A DNA stretch of 64,000 nucleotides from Piromyces finnis finn (GCA_002104945.1 MCFH01000051.1:337683-401682), one strand, 5' to 3'. Shown: positions 1 through 14,051, counted from the stretch's first letter. Notes: generated by a model not told the origin, from the letters alone. Translations and numbers: made by a program.

Positions 1-2958
1 CTATTTAAATAATAAAAATAATTTAATATTATCTATCTATCTATATCTATATATTCATTTAAAAGTTTTGTGTATTATGAACCTACCTGGATCTAATGTA
101 GCATTTTTTGTTACTATTTGAAATTTATCATAGTTAATATTTAAAAAATAAATATAAAAAAAAAGTTTATTTATTTAATTTGGGGATATAAAATTATTTT
201 ATTATGATTTATTATATTACGAACTTATAATATCGATATCACCACAAGTAGGCAAACCTCTGCGAAAAGATCCCATAGTATAAAATTTTAAATCAGGATC
301 ATATTGTGTTTGAATAGTACTTTCTACTTTTTTGGAGATTTCTTCTGCTTCAGATCTTGGCATTCTTTCTTTAAATTCCTATTAAAAATATTGAAAAAAA
401 AAAAATGAAAAGCGTTGGTTTTATTGTAATATTGAATGAATAATTTTTACTTTATTGTAAATAAACAGAAATCGAAAGATAAGTATATAGAATTTATTAA
501 TAAATGTAAATTATTACATTATAAAGTTGAATTCCCACTTTTTGATGATAAGATAATTGCTCATTATTTAAAATATCTTCAATAGATCGATACCCTTTAT
601 TATACCATTTTTTTGCAGTTGATTCCCCAACCCCTTATTATTATTATTATTATTAGTATTAAAATATTTATGAAAAAAAAATAATTAATATTATATATAA
701 AGTTTTTTTTTTTAATAAATATTTTATAAAATTACCCCAAATTTGGATAAAAATTTTTAAAACATCATTCATTTTATCCTTTTTAAATGTTTCTAACTTT
801 TTACATGTGCCTGTATTAATAACTTCTTCAATCTTTTGTATTATAATAAATATGTAAATTTTTTTTTTAACTTTTTATTAATTCAGATAAACTCTTTACT
901 CTATCTATAATTTTTTATGTACCTTTTTTGCAATTCCATCACCTACACCTATAATAGATTTTGCTTGTTTGTAGGACAAAATTTTATGTGGATATCTATA
1001 TATATATATATATATAAATTATTCATTGAGTTATTATTTATAAGCATAAACCAATATGTATATATATATTATTTATTTTTTTTAACTTAGTATTATTTTT
1101 ACCTTCGAATAGCAGATATAGCTTTCTGGTAAGAAATTATTCTCCATTCAGATTTTATAAGATGATAATAATTTAAAAGTTCAGATAGTACTTTAATAAT
1201 ATCTTCATTTTGGCCATCAACTTTAACTGTTTTAGAATTTTTTCTCATACAAAGATAAGATTCTTGATTAAAAACCTTTAATTCCATAAAAATGGCAAAA
1301 AAAAAACATATAAATACCAATCATCATTAATATTTTTTTTTATATTTAAAAAATAAGATTATTACCTTTCTTGGTTTAAGAACTCCATTTAATTCATTTT
1401 CATTACTAGTGCCATTGTTCTAAATAAAAATAATTAGAGAATAAATTTATATTATATTCATATTAATTATTTTTTGTAAATATTATTTGTCATTATTTTA
1501 TTATTCGAATTTTTTTTTTTACTTTTGGTTCTGCTATTTCATTTGTTTCTAACATAGATTCCATTGTACTACTAGTAAGGAGCGAATTTGTTTTTGAATA
1601 ATATGAACTTTCTAAATTTGAAGTAAATGATGAATTTAGGATACTAGAATCTTTTATGATATGCCTTTGGTTTAAGTTTGTGGATATCATTATAGGAGTT
1701 TTATTTTTTAATGAACCAGTTTCTGATGTAGTGTTAATCTTATTATCATTTAATTCAATAGCATTAATAAACCTTGATAAAGTATTATTTTCAACAGGAG
1801 TAGAAGGGTATGCTGTTAGAGTTCCAGAATTATCTTTTCTTTTTCTAGTTATTGAAGTAGATAAAGGTGTTGTATTAGAGACAGTAGAGGTAATTGTGAG
1901 TATATTTTCTGTATTGTTGGCAGATATGTTTTGTGATGCTGAAGATGAGTTTATATGTAAAATTTGTTGTTCATACTTTTGACGTGCTTCTTCCTTTTTT
2001 CGTTTAAATTCCTTGTCTTGACTATCGTCTTCATCATTGGCATGATCAGAATGTTGATTAGGATCATTTTTATCTTTACTAATATAAAATTTGTGTTCAA
2101 GAATATTTATTTCTTCTTTTGACCATATCTTATATATTTCCTCATTTACTAAACGCGCATTTTTAAGGCATTGAGAAACCCATTCTGATTTAACAACATA
2201 TATTTTTTTCTATTATTATAAAAAATTTTAAATTTAAGAAATAATATTGTAAATAAAATTATATGATATTTTTTTTTTATTGTAAAATAGTATAATTTTC
2301 ATTATAATTGCTTACATCAATAATTTTTAACTTTAAATGGTTAATTATTTCTTCATAAGTTAAATCTGAGATAATATGAGTAATAGCTGTGGAATAGGTA
2401 TTAATTATTTTCCCTCCTATTTAATAATATAAATAATAATAGTATGAAAATATTTTTTTCAATATTAATAAAAATCATTATCTATCATTTTTTAATATAT
2501 ATATAAATCATTGGATCATTTAATTTAATTTATTATTTGTATATAAATAATTATTTATTTCATTTTCTTACCTAAATTTTCAATTTTGGATTTCATTAAT
2601 TTTATGCGAAGTTTAGGTATTTTCTCAGGTATAATCAATGCTACAATTGAAGAAAATAACTTTGTTTTTTTTCCTGCTTCTTTTGAATTTTGTTTTTCTT
2701 TTCTTTCATTTATTTCTTTTAAATCTATTTTATTCTTGTTGGAGGAAAGATCATCGATTTTTTTATGAACACCATTTTTAATTTTATTTTTATTCCTTTC
2801 TTTAATTCCCTCTTTTTTTGATTTTTCTTGTTGCTTTTCTTCTATTTTCACTTTTTTTTCTTTATCTCTAGTTGATATAATAATATTATTGTTAATATTA
2901 TTATCCTTTTTATTTTCAACAAGCATACTGTCTATTGTTACACTACTTTCATTTTTTA

Positions 2959-2999
<41 letters not shown>

Positions 3000-5990
3000 G
3001 TTTCATTTTTAATAGTTTCTTGGTTATTCTTTTCTACTATAATTTTACTATTACTTATTTTCTCTGTTGATGAAGAATGGTTTAATGTAGATGATGATAG
3101 TGGAATAGATTTAGGAACTAACATCGAAGAATTAGAAGATATTAAAGTACTATTAGCCTTTGCTGTGTTTACTAAATTATTTTGAGTGGGTAATTTTGAT
3201 GATTTTTCAGCTTTTGCTATAATTGGTGATAATAATGTTATAATTTCCTTATTTCCAACAATATGATGAATATTTGAAGAATTTCCTGATTTTTCTCTTT
3301 CTTTTGCTTTTATGATAGCTTTATAGTTTTGTAAACGTTGATTAATGGGGCTTACATATTGTTTTGTTTGATATTTTAATATTGAGAAAATCTTCTCATT
3401 ATAGCTACTTATATTATTTTGACTTTGTTTTGGTATGTTTGGGGTAGACAGGACCATTGATGGTGTCACTTTCAATTTTTTAGTTGGTGTATTAGGTGAC
3501 ATTTTAGGAGAATTAGATTTTGAAGATATCTTTTCTTTTTTTGGTGATGGCGTTATTGTTATTTTTGTTGGTGTTTTCACTTTTTCCTTTTCTTGAAGTA
3601 TATTAGTATTAATACTCTTTTGTTTTTCATTTATATTGTTTGAAGATAGTATTGTACTAGTTTTATGTTTATCGCTTTTATCATCAATAAAAGAGGATGG
3701 AACTAATTTAGGAGTAATTTCTCCCTTATCACTTGATACTTGTGCTTTTCTTTCATCATTCATTTTTGTTTGATTTTTTGTTAATTTTATTTTTTTCTTT
3801 AATGTTTTAGCTTCCATTTTTAACTTTCTTTTTCTTTCTTTCTTATTTTTTATATAATCTTCAATATTAATAATTTTTACTTTAGAATTATGATCAATTT
3901 TTATCTTTTTAAAAGATCTTGTTAAATAATTAGAAATATAATCCTTATCGATAATATGTTGATATGGTGGAGATGAACTTAATAATGAATTATCTTCTTT
4001 TTTAATTTCTTTATTAGAACTATATTGTTCTTCTTTTGCAATATTATTAGTTTTATTATTTAATTTTCCTGAAATAAATGAATGAGTAGATTGACTTGAT
4101 ATTGAAGAACTTTGTCTTTTTCTCTTTACATTATTATCATGATTAATTTGGCGTTTTTTAATTTTTTTATTTTCAATTGTTGTATCATTAACATCATCAT
4201 TTTTTGAATTTTTATTAAAATTAATGTAATTAATATTTTTATTATGCATTGTTGAAATTTCTAAATCATTTTTATTTTTATTTATATTAACATCATTCTC
4301 ACTCTTTCCATTTTCATTTATTTTTAATTCTTTTGCTTTTGATAGATTTTCAAAGCCAGAGGTACACTTTGAATTTGTATGACTTTCTTTTTTATTTGGA
4401 AATAAGTTATTTAATTTTGAATAAGAAAAATGTTTATCTATGATTTGATGATCATTAGTATCAGGATAAGTAATATTATTTTGATATATAATTGTTGGTT
4501 CTGGATTTTCTAGTTTGCTATATGATATTATTTGATTTATATTACTATCATTAGGGTTATACTCATTTTGTGAAAAGGAATCATCAAATATATTAAAAAT
4601 TTCTCTATTAACATTTAATGCTTTAAGGTTGGTATTATCATTTGACTTTTCATTAAATTCATTAGTAGAGAAATTATTATTTAGAAGTTGGTAGTTATTA
4701 TCAAAATTTTGAGATGATTGATTTCTTATACCTATATAATTTGATATGTCTGTACGCTTTAATTTTTCATCTGTTTTTATTATTTGATCAACAGGCGTAT
4801 GTTCAGAATACATTTCATAAAATGAAGAATTATTTTGTTGTTTTTGGGTATCTAAAGTAATATCAAAATTTGAAGTTTCAGACTTGTCATTTTCTACAAT
4901 ACCTGAATCTGATTCACGATGGCTAAGCAAATTTTCATTATATTGAGGATAAATTAAAGGTATGTTATTGTGAAATATAATAAATGAAGATTTTCTTTCA
5001 TCCGAACTATCATAATTTTGTAGTAGGTATGATGATAAAGTTTTTTTACTTGAGAGAAGAAGAATATCTTGGATATTTTTACTATTTTCATTATCATTTT
5101 CAATATTGCTAATATAATGAATATTATTATTTTTGTAGTCATTTATATATTGGTTATTGTCTTCATTGTTGAAAGCTTTATTATTGTTTTCATTAAATAT
5201 TAATAATAATGGTAATATTAAAAGTAATAATAATATTTATGATATCATTTTATAACACATTATTTTATATAACAAATGAAAAGTATGAAGTAGTTTTTTT
5301 TTTTTTTTTTTATTAAATTAATTTTTAAAAATGTGATTTTAACATGAACAATAATAAATTTTCATTTAAAAAATTAAAAATGTAAAGTAGAAAATTTTCA
5401 TATATATATATATTTTATATTATGTTTAAATTTTAGTATATTTCTATTTTTAAATTATAATTTAACAATTATTATGAAATTTTACATACATGAATATACT
5501 GATTCAGGTAAATGTAATAATGATATTGTAGAAGCGTTTGATTCTTGACTGTCAGTTTTTTGTTTATTATTTGAATTTCCAGTATCTATTTTTCCTTGTA
5601 TATATTTATTTTCTTTTGAAATAATTTATTTTATTAATTATTATGAAATTTAGTACATTTTAAATTATATGTTTAAATAATGTTAAAATTATTATTTAAA
5701 AATAAGGATGAATTTTTAATATTTCCATTTATACTATTTATTTCTGAAGATTTACCATTATTTAAATTAAATGACCCAATTCCAAGTTTACTAAGTCGTT
5801 CATTGAAACTGTCACTAAATGTTAATTTTGGTGTCACGGAAAAAGAATTATTTTTTTCAATTGCTCCTTTATTATTTTCATTTTTCTTTTTTTTGTTATT
5901 CTTTTTTCTTTTTTTCTTTTCATGTTTAATTTTTGTAGAATTTTTTATTTCAAGTTCTTTACTTTTTAATACTTTTTCATTTTCTTTCAT
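1..5990 (-). CDS. POLL: DNA polymerase family X, Pol lambda/Pol4-like (long low-complexity N-terminus, BRCT, 8-kDa lyase, HhH, nucleotidyltransferase); multi-exon, 3' end lies beyond the window start
   Basis: Manual minus-strand translation. BRCT pieces: FSSIVALIIPEKIPKLRIKLMKSKIENLG (end of the 2555-4930 ORF), AITHIISD (~2370), VVKSEWVSQCLKNARLVNE (~2150-2200). Lyase: NEDIIKVLSELLNYYHLIKSEWRIISYQKAISAIRR (1100-1220). HhH: SIIGVGDGIAKK (~925-960) and IWG/VGESTAKKWYNKGYRSIEDIL (~740/580-630). Catalytic: GSFRRGLPTCGDIDII in exon 221-378. Exons are bounded by GT-AG. Joining the upstream exons (ATG 5990, ~5500-5600, open frame 5236-2555) to this gene is inferred. Confidence 0.85.
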
Positions 5991-6230
5991 ACTATATAAT
6001 TAACTTACATTTATTGGTATAGACCTTTTTTTTATATATAATTTAAATAATTTTTTTAATATTTAAAATTTTATCAAAATTGAATTAAACAAAAATAAAT
6101 TTAAATTCATATATATATATAAATATTATTTATATTTGTTTTTAAAAGATTTTTTTTAAAAAAACTCTTATTGTAAAAATTCTTTTATTAAACTATTTTT
6201 AATTTATTTACATATATACTATATTTTAAA

Positions 6231-6281
6231 TTCAAAATTCAAAATTCAAAATTCAAAATTCAAAATTCAAAATTCAAAATT

Positions 6282-6312
<31 letters not shown>
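6231..6312. repeat. (TTCAAAA)8 tandem repeat followed by A30
   Basis: Read directly: eight copies from 6231; the A run of the last copy extends over 6283-6312. Confidence 0.95.
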
Positions 6313-6317
<5 letters not shown>

Positions 6318-6466
6318 TATAAATATAATTAAAAAATTAAATATATTGAAAAAAATTGAAATATTTACTTCCATTGTCACAACAAATTTTAAAATTGTTA
6401 AGTAATTTAAAAATTTTTATAATTGACCAAAAATTATTATTATTATTTTTTAAATGATGACATGAC

Positions 6467-6504
<38 letters not shown>

Positions 6505-7040
6505 CTATTGTTATTATAATTAATTTTATTGTTTGAGGTATAATATTATTTATTATTTTATTGTTTTATAAAATGCATAAAGATTATAATGTTAAAAGAA
6601 AAAAGATAAAATAAAAAGAATATATACAATTATAATTAATTATTGAAATATCAAAGTTATTATTTATATCTTTAATATTCTTTTTAAGAGTTTTTATTTG
6701 TTATTATTATCAAATATTTTTTATATAATTTTTGAAGAGTTTATATTATTTATATTAAGAAGAATATAAGATTTATAAATTAAATTTTCATTCAACTTCT
6801 TATATGAATTATGAATTATTTATTTGTAAAATAAAAAAAACTTTTATTACAATTTGTGAATATAAAACTTATTAATTAAATAGTATTCCCAACATTTTTT
6901 CTATTTATAATTAAGATGTTTTTTAATCAATTTATTGAAAAGGAAATATAAATAAAAAACATATATACAAATAAAAAATAGAGATTCGTATAACTTTTTT
7001 TTTTTTTTAAATAATTAATTATAATAATAAAAATATATTT

Positions 7041-7678
7041 ACCTAATATAATAAATTATAAATAAACTAATAATAAATTACTACAACAAAAAAGAAACAT
7101 ATATCAATGAAATTAATATGTCTAGCTACATATTAGCCATATCTAAAATAATTTTTATTATTTAAAATATATATTTTTTCACATTTAAAAATTTATATAT
7201 AATATTTCATAATAATAATATAATAATTGATATATATTATAATACATTATGTATATATTAGTTATAGAATTCATGTACATATTTCATTATATTCTTAAAT
7301 ATTAATATTATATATTAGTATTAATTTTATTGTAATACTTATTTGTATTACATTACTTTTTCCTTATATAGTAATGTTTCATTTAAAATGTAAAATATAT
7401 AATATTATATCCTATTTAATTATTATTCATATATTATGAATACATTACATTATATAATTGATATTCAATTATATTATAGGAATTTTATAATATAAAAATA
7501 TTCATGTAAAAATAATTAATAATTAGAAAGAGAAGAGCTTTAATAATTAATAAGAAAATATTATAAGTGAAATTATTAATAAGAGAGAAGTTAATAGTAA
7601 TAAAATATTTTCACCTAATATAATAAATTATAAATAAACTAATAATAAATTATTACAACAAAAAAGAAACATATATCA
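7041..7678 (+). repeat. 66-bp direct repeat pair (7041-7106 and 7613-7678)
   Basis: ACCTAATATAATAAATTATAAATAAACTAATAATAAATTA(C/T)TACAACAAAAAAGAAACATATATCA occurs twice with one mismatch. Confidence 0.9.
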
Positions 7679-8020
7679 TAACCAGTATCATCAAATAGGT
7701 CATCTGACATCCTTTGAAATTTTTTAAATCCTTACTTTATGGTAAATAAAAGAATTAATATATGTCATATGACTAATTATAAAACAGAAAGAGTAACATA
7801 ATTTTTGCTTTTAAAAAACTTTATTTTTATTAATTTCAAAATTTATTATCAATTATTCCTTTTTTTTTAATTAATATATTTTGAATTTTTCCACTATAAA
7901 CTTTGTATTATTTTTTTATTTGCTAAAATTACATTAGAAAAAAAAATAATAATTCATATGACCTTTATAGTGATACTGGTTAAATTTATGTAGAAAGAAT
8001 TAAACTTTAAATAATATATA

Positions 8021-8353
8021 TTTTATTAATAACTTTATTTATTACGTTCCAATATTTCTATTCTAACTAAATACTAAAACGTCAATTCTGTCGTTGTCAA
8101 ATATTAAAATTCTAACTAAAACAAGAAGCCCTTTTTAATAATATTTATTCTAGTTTATTTATACTAATGAGGCTTACTTAATAATTAATTGTCCAATTAT
8201 AAGGCTAGAACTATATGGATCATTCATTTACATTATTCTTTTACATTACATGATATTACATTTGTCGTACATTTACATTATATTCTTATACATTGTAGAA
8301 ATAATTAATATTATAATAAAACTATATAAATTTAATATTAGGAAAAATTACTA
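8021..8353 (+). repeat. Dispersed ~310-330 bp non-coding repeat, copy 1 (copy 2 at 16584-16890)
   Basis: Collinear shared blocks such as TAAATACTAAAACGT(C/T)AATTCTGTCGTT, ATGAGGCT(T/C)ACTTAATAATTAATTG, ATAAGGCT(A/G)GAA(C/T)TATATGGAT and TAGAAATAATTAATATTATAA. Confidence 0.85.
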
Positions 8354-8612
8354 ATAATAATATGTTCAAGTCACATATTATTTTTATATCAATAGTATTT
8401 TAATTTTTTTTTTTAAATATGTAAAAAAGATTATGTAAAAACTATTATATAAAGAACTTTTTTTTCTATAATTTATTAAAACCAAAACGTAAATTATATA
8501 TTTATATTTGATATATAAATATTAATTCCAAAAAAAAAAACTCTAATAATTTATAAAATAGATTTTTTTTTTTTTAAAAAATAAAAAACTAATAAAAAAA
8601 AAAAAAGTAAAA

Positions 8613-10162
8613 ATGAAGATTTTAATATTCACTGGTTTAATTTTACTTTTTATTAACCTTATTAATGCTGACTACAAGTCACTTGGCATTGATGCTACTG
8701 CAAAGCAGGAAATTGAAGAAAAAATTGCGAAAGAATCTCAACTTCCTGTAATTAATATATCAACTAAAAATAATTCTGAAAAAATAAATTATGAAAGTTA
8801 TGTTGAAAGTATTGTCGATGTGTTTAATGTTGAAGATAAACTTAAATTAAAAGAAAGATCTGAAAGGGTTAAAATAAGAGGCAACTCTACTGGTTACTAT
8901 GGAATCCCTGAATTAATGTTAAATAACACTGTTCCATACAAAATTAAATTTGACAAGAAAACTAATTTACTTGGTCTTCATAATGGTGAAAAATTTAAAG
9001 AATGGGTTCTTCTTAAATCTGAAGATGATGTTATCAAAAATGATATTACTTTTAGAATGGGTAAGGTGATTTTTGGAAAAGACTATTATATTACTGATAT
9101 TCAATATGTCAAGGTTTATGTAAATGATGAATTCAAAGGGATTTACTTACTGAACAAAATGAAGTTGATGAAAGAAAAGTTAATGTAACTCAACCAGAAA
9201 AGAATTATAACGGAACCGATATTGGTTACTATATTGAAATTGACAATTACTATGATTTAAATCCAGGAAGATATTATATTTATGATTTTGATGGTTTATC
9301 GGCCAAAGATATTCGAGGTGAAGAAAGACAATTTGCTCAAGCTGAATTTGTTTTAAAGAGTGATTTTTATTGTCAAGAACAGTTAGACTTTATTGGAAAT
9401 TACACTGTAAAAGTTTTCAATATTATTTATCAAGCTGTTAAAAAAGGGGAATACAAAACTTTTGATGAAAATTATAATCTTGTTAATTCTACTTTTATAA
9501 GTGCTGAAGAAACTATTTCAGCTGTAGTAGATATTGAATCATTTACTAATATGTATCTTCTTTATGAAATTGTTCATGATTATGATGTTGGTGAAGGAAG
9601 TTTTTACTTTGCTATCGATTTTTCAGAAAATAGTAAAATCAGAAAATTCCAAATGGTTTCTCCATGGGATTTCAATTGGACTTACTTTGATAGTCCAAAA
9701 AGATACTGGGCAGCTACTTTTAGTGAACTTGAATTTGCTAATCGTTTTGGTGATAGATCAAATCCATGGTTTATTTTACTTGGTAAAGAATGGTTCCATT
9801 AATTAGTTGCTAAGAAATGGGAATCTTATTCTAACTTCATTAAATCTCAAATAATTGAAGAAAAGCAATATATTGATGAAAATAAAGATGATTTTTCATT
9901 GGTAGGTGATAAGGTTTTCGATAATATTGAAGAAGTTAGAAATTGGATTGTTAGAAGATTTGATTGGATGGATGAGGCCTTTGTTTCTGGTAAGAGTGTT
10001 ATGCTCATTCCAAGTGAAGAAGAAACCGTTGGTGATGAACCAACTGAAGTTGAAACTACCGAACAAATTAATATTGATTCAGATGATGAAATTGAAGTAA
10101 CAGCAAGTTATGATGAAGAAGAAGATTCAACTGATGAATGTAGCTCAGAAGAAGAAAAATAA
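8613..10162 (+). CDS. cotH: CotH-family (spore coat protein H) secreted kinase; intronless; interrupted by a -1 frameshift near 9150 and an in-frame TAA at 9800-9802 (pseudogene or consensus error)
   Basis: Signal peptide MKILIFTGLILLFINLINA. CotH motifs: KIRGNST, PYKIKFDKK, FKEWVLL, VKVYVNDEFKGIYLL-EQ, GYYIEID, EIVHDYD, PWDFNW, NPWFILL. ORFs 9551-9802 and 9899-10162 share one frame across the TAA. Acidic tail; no dockerin visible. Confidence 0.85.
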
Positions 10163-12246
10163 AATACAATAAAAGCTAAATGCTAAATAATAATTTAAAT
10201 TATAAAATGAAAGAAAAAAAATATAAAATATTAATTTAAAAAAAAAAGGAAAAATAAATAAACGATTATTAAAATTATAAAATCATGAAATATAATTATA
10301 AATATTTAGATTTAAATAATTTTAATAATATTCTTAGAAATAAAAATAGTTATTTTTTATTCTCAATTATGCATTTTATATTTATTGTTAAAAAAAATAA
10401 ATTGAAATATAAATAATAAAAGAAAAAAATTCTATAGTGAATATGAAAAATATTTAAATTCCTTTAATTTATTGAAAAGATTATTATAATCAAATACATA
10501 TATCACAATTTGATAAAGATTAGTCTAATATTGAAAGGATTAAATTTTAAATTAAGAATTTTTATTTTAAACTTTATTAATTATGATTTTAACAATTCTT
10601 TTAACAATTCATCTTTGGAATCATACACAATTACTTGAATGTTGTAACACAAAGAGTTTAAAGTTTTTTATTTATTGATAACTTAATATATTTTTAAAAA
10701 TATGGAAAATATATTATTTATTAAATTAATATTAATATTTTTGAACACATGTGAAAGTTAGGATTGAAATCAGTAATTTCACAATATTAATTATTGATTA
10801 TTTTTAAAAGAAAATAAAATGATTTTAAATATGGAAATAAAGTTATTATTGTATAATTTATCATAAGTATAAACAAATAGATAATTTTTAGTAATTTCAT
10901 GGTAATGTTAGAGAAGACAGTTATTTAGTTTTATTTATTAATACTCTCTTCTTGATAATGTTTTATATTATTTATTATAATAAAAATATTGGCTTTTGAT
11001 TTTTTTTATTGAAATATATTTTTTTATTTTAGCTAATCAATTTGCTTCGTTCATTTAGATAAATGTGATTATTATAGATTTAATAAATTGTTTAATATTT
11101 AATAATACTTTTATTATGATTATGTATAATTATTGTTATTGATAATTATGTTTAACCTTAAAATACATTGAAGTTTTTAAATTTAATTTATTTTTTTTTT
11201 AAAATTTTTAAAAATCTGTCGGATTATTTCTAATAAATTTTAATTTTATTATTAGATTACTTTATTAACTTTAATAAACTTAGAAAAAACTGAATGATAG
11301 ATGTTAAACTCTATTATAATAAATTATTATTATTGATCTAGAAATGATTTATTATTTGAATATAATGAATTGAATATTTTGAAATTGAGTTTTGGATTTT
11401 TAATGAAAGATTTAATAATGGTAAGCAACTAAACATCAATATATAGTTTTTTGTAATAAAAAATTATTGTTTATTTTATATAATATTTTATAATTATGTA
11501 AATTTCCTATTATTTAATTTCATAATGAATTTTGAAATTAAAGAGAAAGAAAACCTTTAATAAAGTTGAAATTAGTTAACTAATATAAAAAGTTTATTAT
11601 TTTTTCAATTTATTATTATTAAAATTTAAATTTAATAATATAGATTTGGAAAAAAAAAACTATTTGCGACATTTATAGAATCTCAAAATAAAATAATAAA
11701 TTATTAAACATTATTTTAATATAAAAATAAGAAGTTTTTAGTTGTAATTTTAAAATAGAAAGATTTATCTTTTAATATTATTTGCATATATATATTTAAA
11801 TAAATATATAAATTTAACAGAAAGATTCATTATTGGGTAAAAATTCTTAGAATAGAAAAATAAAGGACTAAATCAAGTTTTGAGTAAAATATTAATGTAA
11901 AAATATAATAATAATATTATATTTAATATAATTATGTTAGAGTATATTTTCTATAAAACATTCTGATATTGAAATATTTAATGGTATAAAGGAAATTATT
12001 ATTCACTGTTTATTATAAAATAATATTTAGAGTCGAAAAATAAACTATGATTAGACAAAAAATTTTAAAAAGTAAATAATTTTTAAAAATTTTAATACTG
12101 TTTTTGAAATATAAACAATCAAAAATATTTATAAATTATTACTTTTTCTAATACCTAGAAAACAAAAAGCCTTTTTATTTTATTAATAAATTTAAAATTT
12201 TAGTAACAACAACAATAAACACACTGACAAAGAAAGTTTAAAAAAA

Positions 12247-13128
12247 ATGGCAGCAAAGAGAAGTATTATTAATATATTTTACAATTTCTGTTCCATTTGG
12301 ATGGCAGTTATTGGTTATTGCTTCCTTCTTGTATATGTCATAAATGGTGACGATTTGAAAAAACAAGCTCGTACTAAAAAAGTTTCTGATGCCCTTGATA
12401 AAAATGGTGGTGTATATATGTTTGGTAAATATTTACCATTTTATGGTATGATTTTAATTGAATGGTTTTTAGGTTTTTGCTTGGAATTGATTTACACCAA
12501 AATTGCCTTTAATAAAATAATGAAAATTTTCACTTTCAAAAATACCAACAGAATCATTCTTCAAACTGCTATTACTTGCTGTATGGTTGGTATGATGGTT
12601 CCAACAATGACTTTATATGGTGCTTTCTTCTATTATCCATACAATAACGGATTCAACTTCTTAACTGCTATTGCTAATTGGTTCAAATATATGTTTTATG
12701 TATTACCATATGGTTTCTTTGTCCAACTTTTCATTATTCAACCATTTTTACGTTGCAGTTTCAGAATCTTTGGAACTGATGATGCTGATAAGCAAAAGAA
12801 CAAGATTACTCCAATTAATAACAAGACAGAAGCTGATTTAATTAATTATGCCATGGAAAAAATTGATTACATTAAAAAGAACTTAATCATTGATATTACT
12901 AAGCTTAAAACTAACCCAAATGAAAATGAATTTAAAACTTACAATGATGAATATTATAATTCTACTTACTTCCGTACTGAAGATTATCGTACTTATGTCT
13001 ACATTGCTAAACAATATACTACTATGGAATACAGTCCATATGGTTTCCGTATTATTAACAATATTACTAAGAAAACTCTTGAATATGACACCAATTACAA
13101 AGGTGAAAGTGATGCCAAAAAGGTTTAA
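12247..13128 (+). CDS. Intronless membrane protein (293 aa): N-terminal DUF2798-like multi-pass domain plus soluble C-terminal tail
   Basis: Clean ATG-TAA ORF with 4 hydrophobic segments. The pattern ILQTAITCCMVGMMVPTMTLYG...NW...LPYGFFVQLFIIQPFLRCSFRIF resembles Firmicute DUF2798 proteins (recalled, not searched). Confidence 0.65.
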   Translation: MAAKRSIINIFYNFCSIWMAVIGYCFLLVYVINGDDLKKQARTKKVSDALDKNGGVYMFGKYLPFYGMILIEWFLGFCLELIYTKIAFNKIMKIFTFKNTNRIILQTAITCCMVGMMVPTMTLYGAFFYYPYNNGFNFLTAIANWFKYMFYVLPYGFFVQLFIIQPFLRCSFRIFGTDDADKQKNKITPINNKTEADLINYAMEKIDYIKKNLIIDITKLKTNPNENEFKTYNDEYYNSTYFRTEDYRTYVYIAKQYTTMEYSPYGFRIINNITKKTLEYDTNYKGESDAKKV

Positions 13129-13570
13129 TTGGTTTAAATAGAAATCAATTAAAGAAATTAATAATATTAATTTTTTTTTTCATTATTATTATTTAATAAT
13201 TTATGTGAAATCATTATTTGTTTTTCCTTCATTTTACTTTTTTCCATTTTTTTTATTATTAGTACAATATTATTATTATTTTATGCAATTTATATTATAT
13301 TCAATTAAATACAATTAAATTTATACGCATATGATTAATGCATAATATATATATATAAATAGTAACAATATATATTCATCATTATAGCCATTATTTATCA
13401 ATTTTATCAATGTTTTATTTATAATATTTTTAAATTTTTATTTGATTTCACAAAAAGAAAAAAAATTATTAATATTTAAATAATTAAAATCTTGTATAAA
13501 AGAAATTTTAATAAAAAATTGTAATAATTGAATTGTAACTTGTTATTATACAATAAAAGAATAAAGTAAA

Positions 13571-13601
<31 letters not shown>

Positions 13602-13613
13602 AAGCCAATATGC

Positions 13614-13645
<32 letters not shown>

Positions 13646-14051
13646 TTTATTAAAAGAAAAATAATTAAAATAAAAAATAACATATTTTCCAATGAAATTT
13701 ATTTATATGTAAGGATATTAGGATAAATATGGATAAATATAGTTTAAAAATATGAAAATTTTCTATATTTAATTATAAAATTATTTTTTTTTAATTAAAT
13801 TATTAAGCTATTCAATGGAAAAAAAAATAACTTTATTCTATTCACTTTTTTAATTGTTAAGATTAAAATGATACCATTTAAAACTATTTGAGAAAAAAAT
13901 AAATATAAAGTCTTTATTTCACCAAAAATCATATTAAAATATTCTATTGCTAATAAAATATAAAATATAGTTTTATTTATTATAAAATTATATTTTAATA
14001 TAAGAATATATCAATTTATTCTATTCAAATAATACATAAATAACAATAGTA

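Noticed and set aside
1656-6003. Plus-strand hydrophobic ORFs 1656-1982, 2586-2768, 2889-3185, 5680-6003
   Set aside because: Antisense shadows of K/N/E-rich minus-strand exons of the Pol X gene.
6231-6312. Telomeric repeat
   Set aside because: Short, internal, flanked by genes, and lacking a G-rich strand; no support for telomere identity.
10200-12200. Hidden gene or RNA in the long AT-rich intergenic stretch
   Set aside because: No ORF of 60 aa or more, and no recognisable tRNA/rRNA or repeat structure.
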